64,000 bases of DNA from Leucoraja ocellata (Eukaryota), in the NCBI GenBank assembly GCA_036785375.1, contig JAWMAR010000070.1:4898001-4962000 (forward strand), read 5' to 3'. A model generated the notes under the pieces. It made no database searches. It was not told the DNA's origin and saw only the letters and a program-made list of their open reading frames with translations. Position numbers and translations under genes: made by a program. Positions 1 through 10,836 of the stretch are shown piece by piece; positions within the stretch are counted from its first letter, which is position 1, and the number at the start of each line of letters is the position of its first letter.

Positions 1-362
1 GGTGCGGTTCCTCCAATTTGCATGTGGCCTCACTCTGGCAATGGAGGAGGCCCAGGACAGAAAGGTCAGTGTGGGAATGGGAAGGGACATGGACAGGGTT
101 GGCAACCGGGAGATCAAGAATGGTCCCGACCCGAAAAGGACACCTATCCATTTTCTCCAGAGATTCTGCCTGATCCGCCGAGTTACTCCAGCACGTTGTG
201 TCTGTCTTTGGTGTAAACCAGCACCTGCAGTTCCTTGCTACACATGATCTATGCAAAACCATGAACCTGTCTGAACAGCACAAATGACATGTTTTTTTAT
301 TGTTAAACCACAGCTTGTGTTGCTGCAGTGTGAGTGATCTTTCATCATTAATGTGTCCACAG

Positions 363-686
363 GGTCAAGGGGAATAACTGGACCCGAGGAGGTGAGGGGA
401 GAGTTGGGGCAGTCGGTCACTGTGGAATGTCAGTATGGTCAGGAATACAGTGACTACAAGAAGCTGTGGAGTAAAGGTTATTATTACCGGTCATCTTCTA
501 TCGTGGTTTCTACTGATGACCCACGACGAGGGAGAACATCGATAAGTGATAACAAAACACAACGGATAGTTTCAGTAACCATCGGCAACCTGGAGAAGAG
601 TGATGAAGGACGCTACTGGTGTGCGATTGCAAAGGGAACATTTTCAAGCGATGAAAGGACCTCCATCTCATTGACGGTTTCTGAAG
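363..686 (+). CDS. Gene A (activating-type CD300/pIgR-like receptor): IgV exon
   Basis: ccacag acceptor ends at 362; GAAG|gtacgt donor; 324 nt, phase 1-1. Encodes GQSVTVEC...KLWSKG...GRTSISD...NLEKSDEGRYWC...LTVSE, a CD300/pIgR-type V-set. The leader and probably further Ig exons lie upstream of the window. Confidence 0.9.
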
Positions 687-2004
687 GTACGTTGACGATC
701 TCTCCTCACTCTCCCAGATGTGAACATTCCAGCCTGGGAATTCCCGGCCTCGGTCCTGACGGTGACTCGGTGCCACATCCCCGGGGGTCGGGGTGAAGGA
801 GGGGGGAGCACATTTACTGGGGCCACACCAAGAGCCCACTGTCCCAGGAGCAGTGTGTGTGGGGGGGGGGGGGGTGTGGGGGGGGGGGCTCATCAATGGG
901 GACCGGCGGTTCTGCTGCTGGCGGCTCATTTCCCCAAAGACGATCGCTCCGGGTCCAGAACCTCTGCCGCCCCTCGCTGGAGCAGGGGAACAGCCAGAAC
1001 CTCTGGTGCCCCCTCACCCTCTCCCCCTGCCCGTCACTGTCACACCCACCACGCACACAACATCTGAAGAAGGGTCCCAACCTTAAACATTGTCAGTTCA
1101 TTCCTTCCACGGATGCTGCCTGACCTGCTGAGTTACTCCAGCACTTTGTGTTTTGTTCAAGATTCCAGCACCTGCAATTCCTTGTGTCTCACAAACTTTG
1201 GTGATTGATGAGCTCAGTTTATTGTTGTCGTCTGTACTGAGGTACAGGGAAAAGCTTTTACCATGTTTCCAATGAGGGCCAAGTCATTGGGTATTTTTAA
1301 GATTCACAGGTTCTGAATTAGTACGGGTGTCAAGTGATATGGGGAGAAGGCAGGAGAATGGGGTTGAGAGGGAGAGATAGATCAGCCGTGATTGAAAGGT
1401 GGAATAGACTCAATGGGCCAAATGGCCTCAATCTGCCCCTATCACTTATGAACTAATGAACTAAGAATCCTCAAGAGATGAGTGATATAGACTTTACACT
1501 GAGCCACACAAACTGTACAAGATGAGATACTCAACGGGTCGGGCAGCTTCTGTGGAGAGAGAACGAGAGTTAATGTTTCAGGTAGATACCTCCAACCAAA
1601 TTGCATTATTTCCAATTCAGTCCGCGTAATGAAAATAGTCCATGGATCGTCCCGCTCCCAAGTTCTTCTCCAACATAGAAGACATGTGCCTAACTCTAGC
1701 AGCAGGCAGATAACACAGCCTGTGGGACTCTGAAGGGCATGAAAGAAGTCTCTGAATGCTTGTGACCAACTGGTGGCATCTTAATGGGTGAGCCTCCGGT
1801 CTAGATCAAGAGGCTTGGTCCAACTATGGTGGCCTCAGAAGGATCTTTGCTCAAATGTATGGATTGGGATTTGAATCCAGGAATCTCCCCACACGGAGCA
1901 AGAGCGCTCCTGACTGAGGCATCTCCCACACATCACTAAAGTGGCACAGAACGTGCTTTCAGACATTTAATGTTCAAAAACGTCATTCACTTTATCTCCA
2001 CAAG

Positions 2005-2146
2005 GGTCTCAAACAAGCCGCCCAGACATGGTCACCACCACCTCTGCAACAATAAACAGAAGGGCTCGGACCACCCGGCCTCAAGATGCACCAACCACCC
2101 GGGCGGCAAGTTCCACTGAGTCTCATGGTTCAACACTTCCAAACAG
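2005..2146 (+). CDS. Gene A: Ser/Thr/Pro-rich mucin-like stalk exon
   Basis: ccacaag acceptor, AACAG|gttagt donor; phase 1 in, 2 out. Encodes GSQTSRPDMVTTTSATINRRARTTRPQDAPTTRAASSTESHGSTLPNR; paralogous to 21815-21968. Confidence 0.85.
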
Positions 2147-2706
2147 GTTAGTAACTCGAAGAGCCAACTCAGCCTCACCTGAGAACAAATTAGTTCAGTT
2201 CAATTCAGCTCAGTTTAAAGATACAGCGTGGAAATGGGCCCTTTGGCCCACCGAGTCCGCTCTGAGCAGCGATCACCCCATACACCAGTTCTGTTCTACA
2301 CACTAGGGGCAACTTACTACAAACCCGCACGTCTTTGGAATGTGGGAGGAAACTGGAGAACCCAGAGTAAACTCTTGCGATCACAGGGAGAACGTACAGA
2401 CTCTGCACTGACAGCACCGGTATCAGGATCGACCCCGCATCTACTGTGCTGTGAGGCAGCAACTCTACCGCTGAGCTGACATCTCAATGGGCGAGCCTCA
2501 TGTCTACATCAAGGGGCTTGGTCCATCTATGGTGGCCTAGGAAGGATCCTTGCTCAAATCTCAGGTTTGGGATTCGAACCAAGAATCTCCCCACACAGAG
2601 CAAGATCGCCCCCAACTGAAGCATCTCCCACACGTCACTAAAGTGGCACAGAACGTGATTATAAACATTTAATGTTCAAAGACTTCATTCACTTTATCTT
2701 CACAAG

Positions 2707-2754
2707 GGTCTCAAACATATCACCCAGATATCCTCACCACTTTGGTGCGTGTGT

Positions 2755-2785
<31 letters not shown>

Positions 2786-3200
2786 TTGCACGGTGGCGCA
2801 GCGGTAGAGTTGCTGCCTTACAATGCTTGTAGCGCTGGAGTCCCTGGTTCGATCCCGACTACAGGTGCTGCCTGTACGGGGTTTGTACGTTATCCCCATT
2901 ACCGCATGGGTTTTCTCTGAGATCTTTGATTTCCTCCAACACTCTAAAGACATACAGGTATGTAGGTAGATTGGATTGGCGTATGTGTCAATTGCCCCTA
3001 GTGTGTGTAGCCTAGTGTTAGTGTGAGAATCGATGGTCGGTGTGGACTCCATGGGCCGTCGGTCCTGTTTCCGCGCTATATCTCAAAATTAAACTAAACT
3101 GGATTAAAATATGGTCACCACCACCTCAGGAACCACCACACCCACTCTGCCTCCGGAAGCATCGACCACCAGGGACTCCTGGTTCATCGCCTCGACACAG
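2707..3200 (+). pseudogene. Relic second stalk exon split by a SINE
   Basis: 2477-2745 is a diverged copy of 1777-2045, including the cacaag|ggtctcaaac acceptor. A SINE follows, then 3111-3200 continues as MVTTTSGTTTPTLPPEASTT and ends at cag|gtcagt. Confidence 0.6.
2788..3100 (+). mobile_element. tRNA-derived HE1/V-SINE-type element (representative of dozens of copies)
   Basis: ggtggcgcagcggtagag A-box-like head, ggttcgatccc B-box and (aaact)n tail. Other copies include 2195-2475(-), 12142-12445(-), 12841-13140(+) and 47050-47340(-). Confidence 0.8.
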
Positions 3201-3828
3201 GTCAGTGACTCAAAGTCCCAGAACTTTGAGAAAGCGTGGCTGATCACATTCCAGTCCATTGATAAATACTCCTTGGCCCTGACTAAAGTCCCTCTGTCCT
3301 TAGTACACCCAGTGGCCCTACCATTGTGAATGTCTACCCTTACATGATGCCAAAAACAAATAACTTCACACTTATCACGGTTCAATACCTGCTGGCATTG
3401 CTCTGCCCAACATACCAGTTGCTTCTTATCCCTCTGTGGTCTATGATTATCGTACTATCCAAAATGAGACAATGTTGGTGTAATCTGTAAACTCGTAAAT
3501 CATACTTCCAACATTAACATCTAAGGCCGGCAGATGGGACTAGTGTAGATAAGGACATCTTGGTCGGCGTGGGGGAAATTGGGTCAAAGGACATGTTTTC
3601 ATGCTCTATGTCTGACCATCAACATGAACATCTAAGTTGTTAATGTATGTAGTCATGGAACACCTCCAAGGAATGGGTGCATGTTGCGATATCAACATCT
3701 CACCAATGTCCACGCCAAAACCTTGGATCACACTGAATGATTCCGTGGGCAATATGATGAAAGAAGATTGCCAGCGTTGATCTGTGGTAACTCTGTGTGG
3801 AAGTAATAATATTTCCTTGGATTTCCAG

Positions 3829-3943
3829 GGACACCATGCTGAACATCGTTTGCCGTGTTTGGGGTGTGTTACGCTGGGTACTCTTTGGAATTCTGCTTCT
3901 CTTCCCGGTTTCCATCAGCTGTGTGACAACTTTGAAAAGGTGA
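3829..3943 (+). CDS. Gene A: transmembrane exon with intramembrane Arg and stop codon
   Basis: ttccag acceptor, phase 2 matching the stalk exon. Encodes RDTMLNIVCRVWGVLRWVLFGILLLFPVSISCVTTLKR then TGA (3941-3943). A possible donor AAAAG|gtgaaa overlaps the stop. Confidence 0.8.
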
Positions 3944-4037
3944 AAGTTTGCAATCTCTTCACTCTGGTGTTCACATTAAATTCAACTGGAAATGATGGGA
4001 ATTTACTTTAGAATTGTAGAGATAAAGTGTGGACATA

Positions 4038-4165
4038 CAGCGCCCTCCATAATGTTTGGGACAAAGACATTTATTTATTTGCCTCTGTATTCCACAATTT
4101 GAGATTTGTAATTGAAAAAATCACATGTGGTTAAAGTGCACATGGTCAGATTTTATTAAAGGGTA
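4038..4165 (+). mobile_element. Tc1/mariner-like terminal fragment inside a SINE
   Basis: TA|CAGCGCCCTCCATAATGTTTGGGACAAAGAC resembles a Tc1 TIR start and interrupts a SINE copy. Confidence 0.55.
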
Positions 4166-7100
4166 TACAGCCAATCAAGTCCGTGCCGACCAATGATCAC
4201 CCCGTACACGCGCACTATCCTACACACGAGGGACAATTTACAATTATACAGAGGCCAATTAACCTACAAAACTACACGTCTTTGGATTGTGGTAAGAAAC
4301 CAGAGCACCCGGAGAAAACCCACGCTGTCACAGGCAGAACACACAAACTCCGTACAGACAGCACCCGTAGTCATGATCAAACCCGGGTCTCTGGCGCTGT
4401 AAGGCAGCAACTCTACCGCTGCGCCACTGTGCCGCCCTGGGTCATTTCCTCGGGTAAAATTTGATGGTGGAGATTATAAACTGTGTTTTAATTGTTATTC
4501 AAGGAAAAAAACAGCCAAGACCTTGGAGATGGGGTCGGCAGTGGTGGAGGAAGGAGAGGAACAGCGCCGGTGAGCTGGCTGGGTGAGGCCTCACCTCGCA
4601 TGGAGACGGCCGTGGGAGGCGAGGGGAAAAGGGTGCGTTGGTGGGTCGAGGTGTGGGCGGAGTGCGAGTGGGCTGCTGGAGGGCCCTGCAGCAGCCGGTG
4701 GATCGGGTGCCGCTGGAGGTCACACAGAGGTCGGGGACGAGCGCGCGGATCGGACACGGCCTGCAGCGGCACGGAGCGGTGGTGGAGGCACCGACAACAT
4801 CGCCAGGCCAGGCCGACCCCTGCAACTCCCACCCAGTGCCGTCTCCACGATAATAGGCCTTTAAACCCAAAATAGGACTCTGCTTTTTGACCAATTTGAT
4901 CTTTAAGAATATAAGATACTGCCAGTAATGTGGCAACTCTTGTGTCTGCATCATATAATCTGCTATTAATACTCTTGTTCTTAGCTTCAGCTGTGCTTAT
5001 ATCAAGTAAGATTTTTACTGAATTCTATACAAAAGAAATGTCACTGTACCCATGTGCATGAGACAATAAAGTACCATTGAACCATTGAACAATGGGGATA
5101 TAAAAACGGTTAAATGATTACGTATTGAACTGTGGACACGCGTTAGAAGAATAAGATAAAAATGAAGGGTAATCGTTATATCAATATTGTTATTCTGACA
5201 GAATGACGCCCAATAATCATTGTTTAGCTTTTCAGGGCCAGAGAGGGTGTTCACCAGTTGGAGATGTACAAATCTCATCACCTTGACCCTACAGCATCAT
5301 CACACCCCACCTATGTCCAATCTACCTTGACCACTACGCGAGGAATTTCTTTAGCCAGAGGGTGATGAATCTGTGGAATTAATTGCCACAGTCGGCTGTG
5401 GAGGCCAAGTCAATGGATATTTTTAAATTGGAGATTGACATGTTTACTCAGGGTGACAAAGGTTGTGGGAAGAAGGCAGGAGAATGGGATGGAGGGGGAA
5501 AGATAGATCATCCATGATTGAATGGCGGAGTAGACTTGATGGAGCAAATGGCCGAATTCTGTAACTATGTTTGCAGACACGTCTGTACATCCTGACATTC
5601 ACCCAAAAGACAGCAGAACATAGACTAGAACTCAAAGCTGGCTTTCCAGAATGTGAACTTTTAACTTTACTACCAATTGAATTGCTGTGTGAAACCCTGC
5701 ACATTGAATAATGATTAAAATAATCCAATGTAATAAAAGATGGCTGAATTTTTGTCATAAAGTCATAAGTGATAAGAGTAGAATTAGTTTGGTTTAGAGA
5801 TAGCGCATGGAAACAGGCCCATTGATCCACCGAGTCCATGCCGACCACTGATCACCTGTACACACTATGTTTAAGAAGGAACAGCAGATGCTGGAAAAGC
5901 GAAGGTAGACAAAAACGCTAAGTTTCTCCAGCATTGTTGTCTACCTGTACACACACTAGTTCTGTTATCCCACTTTCTCATTCATTCCCTACACATTTGC
6001 GACAATCTTGCAGAGGTATTTAACCTACAAACTCGCATGGATTAGGGATGTGGGAGGAAGCCGGAGCACCTGGAGGAAACCCATGAGGTCACAGGTAGAA
6101 CATTCAAACTCCACACAGGCAGCACCCGTAGAGAGGATCGAACCCGGGTCTCTGGTGCTGTGAGGCAGCAGCAAACCGCTGCACCACCGTGCCGCCCTGA
6201 AGAGAGAGAGCAGGCTTGTGAGAGCAGACAGCAGAGCAGCAGGCCAGCTAAATGCCTCATCAGAGTGACAGCACCTTCAGCAACTTTAGACACAGTGCTT
6301 AGAACAAATGGAATCAAGGGATATGGGGAGAGAGCAGGAACTGTGTACTGATTTATGTTGATCTGCCACGATCATATTGAATTGCGGTGCTGGTTCGAAT
6401 GGCCGAATGGCCTACTCCAGCGCCTATTTTCTATGTTTCCACATCAGAGCTCCCTCAGTACAACTCTCCCTCCGTGCTCGGCATTCTGGAGTGGGAACTG
6501 AACCAAAATCTCTCTAACTCACTCAATAGTTTTCACCCACTGAGCTTGCACTGCAGGACCCAACACTGGATCTTGGTGTGGCTCGGTTAGCGTGGTAAAG
6601 TCACACAGGACTCCTGCTAGAAACAGCGTGGGAAATGTTGAACCTAGACCACAGGTCACTCATTGAAAAACCATGTGAAACCCAACCCATTCTGAAAGTC
6701 TCAATGACTTCATTTTTGCATTCAAGGAATCTATGGCAACCTCTTTAGTTTAGCCAATTATAGTCACGTGTACCGCGGTGCAGTGAAAAGCTTTTCTGTG
6801 TGTATGCTACCCAGTCAGTGAAAACACTGTATACAATTACAATCGAGCCGTCCACAGGTACAGGATACAGGGAATAATGTTCAATGCAAGATACAGTCTA
6901 GTAAAATCCGATTAAAGATAGTTCCAAGGTCTCGAATGAGGTAGTTGGGAGGTCAGGACCACTCTGAAGGGTCCCATCGAGAAATGTTACCCATCCTTTT
7001 TGTCCAGAGAAGCTGCTTGACCCGCTGAGATGCTCCAACACTTTGTGCCTATCTGTGGTATAAACCAGCATCTGAAGTTCCTTGTTTCTACATTCCGCCC

Positions 7101-7444
7101 TTGTAGTCTTGTGTGCATCTAATTTGGACACAACAAGTTCCCTTTAAAAAACAACAACTATCCTACAGATTACTTTGATGTCTTTGGTTGATGGGATACC
7201 TCTTGCCCCAGAGCAAGGAGATCCTCCACTATTCTGGTGCGAACCATTACAAAATGCTCTGTTCTTTAGAATTATTTACTCAGCGCCTTGAATGATGTTT
7301 AGCCACGGGCCTCACTGTACTGGGTGAGGTGCTAATGATAAACTGCTCAACACTCGATCGTTCCATCAACAATTGTCGTTGTGTTGTGTGCAGCCAAATT
7401 GCACACAGCTAGCTCCCTGTAGAGAAGGGAGATAACTACCTCCG

Positions 7445-7951
7445 CAGTGGTTCCCAACCTTTTTTTGGCCATGCCCCACCTAATCACCTCTAAAATCCTG
7501 ATGCCCCCCCCCCCCCCCCCCATGTGGTGATATATAATTCTTATTTAAAAAGTGAACTCCGTTTCAGCTGAAGAAGCTTAAAACGCCAATACCTTGGTTT
7601 AAACAAGGTTCAAAAGAACTTGGCATCCATGAAAAAGACAAATGAATTAAAAGAAAGACAGTTAAAGTTCTGAGCAAGAAATTACTAAAAAATTGTAAAA
7701 AAAAAAGAAAAAAACATTAGGTGGTATTAAAATAATAATAATGAAACTACACAATAAAGACCTTTTTTACCCCAAAAAAATTATTTACTCAAAATAACAT
7801 CTGAAACATAAACTACATATGTTTACCTGATGGAAAATCCCAAAAAAAAATCGAACATTTGGACCCAGACCTCCTCAGTCGCACTCAATTGCTCCCCTTA
7901 AAAATCAAATTGCCCCCCTGTGGGGCGTACGCCCCACGTTGGGAACCACTG
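7445..7951. mobile_element. hAT-type MITE
   Basis: TIRs CAGTGGTTCCCAAC...GTTGGGAACCACTG with a degenerate ~8-bp TSD (acctccg/acctacag). The empty site is visible in the paralog near 14459 (atctacagcttgcc). Confidence 0.8.
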
Positions 7952-9067
7952 ACCTACAGCTTGCCTTGTTGATCTTGGTTTGTAGGGAGAACTCTTGCCC
8001 CCAGAACAAGGAGTCTCTCCCCTATTCTGGTGCGAACTATCTCCAGGTGACCTTTCTCAGTGACTTGAGACAGAGCAGACAGCAGATCAGCTAAATGCCT
8101 CGGCAAAGTGACTTCACCTCCAGCAGTGGCGAGCTCCCTCAGTACTGCACTCCCTCAGTCCTCGGGCTTCAGGAGTGGGAGTTGAACCAACAACTCTCTG
8201 ACTCAGATTTTTTTTTTAATTTCAAAATATACTTTATTCAAAAAATAAATATATGCAATACATGATCCTTACAAAACTCCATTCAACATTCTCGGTTGCT
8301 ATGCGTACATGCAATACTGTTTACACAAATTAACCCCACACCTCGCCACTCGTGGACCACTGGCGCGGGATACCTTCCCTTATTTTGAGGTGCATCTCCG
8401 CCACACACTGCCACAAGCTGACCTTTCGCTGGATGTCTACACTGGCCCATGGTGTGGCTCAGTTAGCCTGTGAAAGTCACCCAAGACACCCTCGAGAGAG
8501 AGAGGGTGATGAATCTGTGCCCTAGCCTCAGAATAAAAGGACATTCTTTGAGAAAGGAGATTGGAAGGAATGTCTTTAGTCAGAGGGTGGTGAATCTGTG
8601 GAAATCATTGCGATAGAAGGATGTGGAGGTCAAGTCAATGGATATTTTGAAGGCAGAGATTGATAGATTCTTGATTAGTACGGGTGTCAGGGGTTACGGG
8701 GAGAAGGCAGGAGAATGGGGTCAAGAGGGAAAGATAGATCAGCCATGATTGATTGAATGGCAAAGTGGACTTGATGGGCCGAATGGCCTAATTCTGCTCT
8801 TATAACTTATGAACATGACCTGGATTGATCTGCTCATCTATATTCACACAGAGGTTCCTTGATCGTCAGTGGGGAGGGTGTGCTGCCTGTCCTATACCAC
8901 TGTAGGACATTGGCTATTCGGTCCATCAAGTCTACTCCGCCATTCAATCATGGCCGATCCATCTCTCCCTCCTAACCCAATTTTCCTGCCTCTCCCCATA
9001 ACCTCTGACACCTGTACTAATTAAATTCAGACTAATTAATCCGAAAGAATCCATCTATCCACCGATA

Positions 9068-10836
9068 AAGGTGAATTTATTATGGGGAACAAGGAAATGG
9101 CAGATGAGATGAACAGATACATTGGATCTGTCTTCACTAAGGAGGACACAAACAATCTTCATGATATAGTAGTGGCCAGAGGATCTGGGGGTGACAGAGG
9201 AACTGAAGGAAATCCACAATAGGCAGGAAATGGTATTGGATAGACTGATGGGACTGAAGGCTGCTAAATCCCCAGGGCCTGATGGTCTGCATCCCAGGGT
9301 ACTTAAGGAAGTGACTCTAGAAATCGTGGATGCATTGGTGATAATTTTCTATAGACTCAGGATCCGTTCCTGTGGATTGGAGGGTAGCTAACGTTATCCC
9401 ACTTTTTAAGAAAGGCGGGAGAGAGAAAACGGGGAATTATAGACCAGTTAGCCTGACATCGATGGTGGGGAAGATGCTGGAGTCAATTATAAAAGATGAA
9501 ATAGCCGAACATTTGGATAGCAGTAACAGGATCGGTCCGAGTCAGCATGGATTTATGAAGGGGAAATCATGCTTGCCTTATCTTCTGGAATTTTTTGAAG
9601 ATGTAACTAGGAAAATGGACAAGGGAGAGCCAGTGGATGTAGTGTACCTGGACTATCAGAAAGCGTTTGATAAGGTCCCACATAGGATATTAGTGGGCAA
9701 AATTAGGGCACTTGGTATTGGGGGTTGAGTGCTGACATGGATAGAGAAGTGGTTGGCAGACAGGAAGCAGAGAGTTGGGATTAAATGGTCCCTTTCAGAA
9801 TGGCAGGCAGTGACTAGTGGAGTACCGCAAGGCTCGGTACGGGGACCGCAGCTATTTACAATATGCATCAATGATTTGGATGAAGGGATTGAAAGTAACA
9901 TTAGCAAATTTGCAGATAACACAAAGCTGGGTGGCAGTGTGAACTGTGAGGTGGATGCTATGAGAATGCAGGGTGACTTGGACAGGTTGGAGGAGTGGGC
10001 AGATGCATGGCAGATGAAGTTTAATGCGGATAAATGTTAGGTTATCCACTTTCGTAGCAAAAACAGGAAGGCAGATTACTATCTAAATGGTGTCAAGTTG
10101 GGAAAAGGGGAAGTACAACAGGATCTGAGGGTCCTTGTACATCAGTCTACGAAAGTAAGCATGCTGGTACAGCAGGCATGGAAGAAAGCGAATGGCATGT
10201 TGGCGTTTATAACAAGAGGAATCGAAAATAGGAGGAAAGAGGTCCTTCTGCAGTTGTACAGAGCCCTAGCGAGACCACACCTGGAGTATTGTGTGCAGCT
10301 TTGGTCCCCTAATTTGAGGAAGGACATTCTTGCTATTGAGGGAGTGCAGCGTAGGTTTACAAGGTTAATTCCCGGTATGGCGGGACTGTCATATGCTGAG
10401 AGAATAGAGCAGCTGGGCTTGTACACTCTGGAGTTTAGAAGGTTGAGAGGAGATCACATTGAAACATATGATTGTTAAGGGCTTGGACATGTTAGAGGCA
10501 GGAAACATGTTCCCGATGTTGGGGGAGTCCGGAACCAGGGGCCATAGTTTTAGAATAAGGAGTAAGCCATTTAGAATGGAGACGAGGAAACACATTTTGT
10601 TACAGAGAGTGGTGAGTGTGTAATTCTCTGCAGCAGAGGGCGGTGGAGGCAGGTTCTCTGGATGCTTTCAAGAGAGAGCTAGTTAGGGCTCTTAAACATA
10701 GCGGAGTTAGGGGGTATGGGGAGAAGGCAGGAATGGGTTACTGATTGGGGATGATCAGCCATGATCACATTGAATGGCGGTGCTGGCTCGAGGGGCCGGA
10801 TGGCCTACTCCTGCACCTATTGTCTATTGTCTATTG
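9068..10836 (+). mobile_element. CR1-clade LINE, 5'-truncated, decayed RT
   Basis: KSPGPDG, NYRPVSLTS, YLDYQKAFDKVPH, SGVPQGS, KFADNTK and RPHLEYCVQ motifs with stops; (ctattgt)n tail. Confidence 0.92.

Larger units (their letters stand above)
1..2470 (+). repeat. Segmental duplication shared with gene B (about 19976-22310)
   Basis: Near-identical introns, Ig exon, stalk exon and embedded repeats; similarity ends within the SINE after the stalk exon. Confidence 0.9.

Noticed and set aside
687-1123. ORF extensions beyond the Ig exon and Gly/Pro-rich ORFs (also 20659-20928)
   Set aside because: Read-through past a canonical GT donor into poly-G intron; low-complexity translations.
2788-2860. 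tRNA genes
   Set aside because: These are tRNA-derived SINE heads (A/B boxes) without a full cloverleaf.
5065-5070. AATAAA as the gene A polyA signal
   Set aside because: It lies in a retroelement-like tail motif (cactgtacc...gacaataaa) repeated elsewhere, so it cannot be assigned.
9191-10478. Reverse-transcriptase ORFs as host genes
   Set aside because: Fragments of a decayed CR1 LINE with stops and frameshifts.
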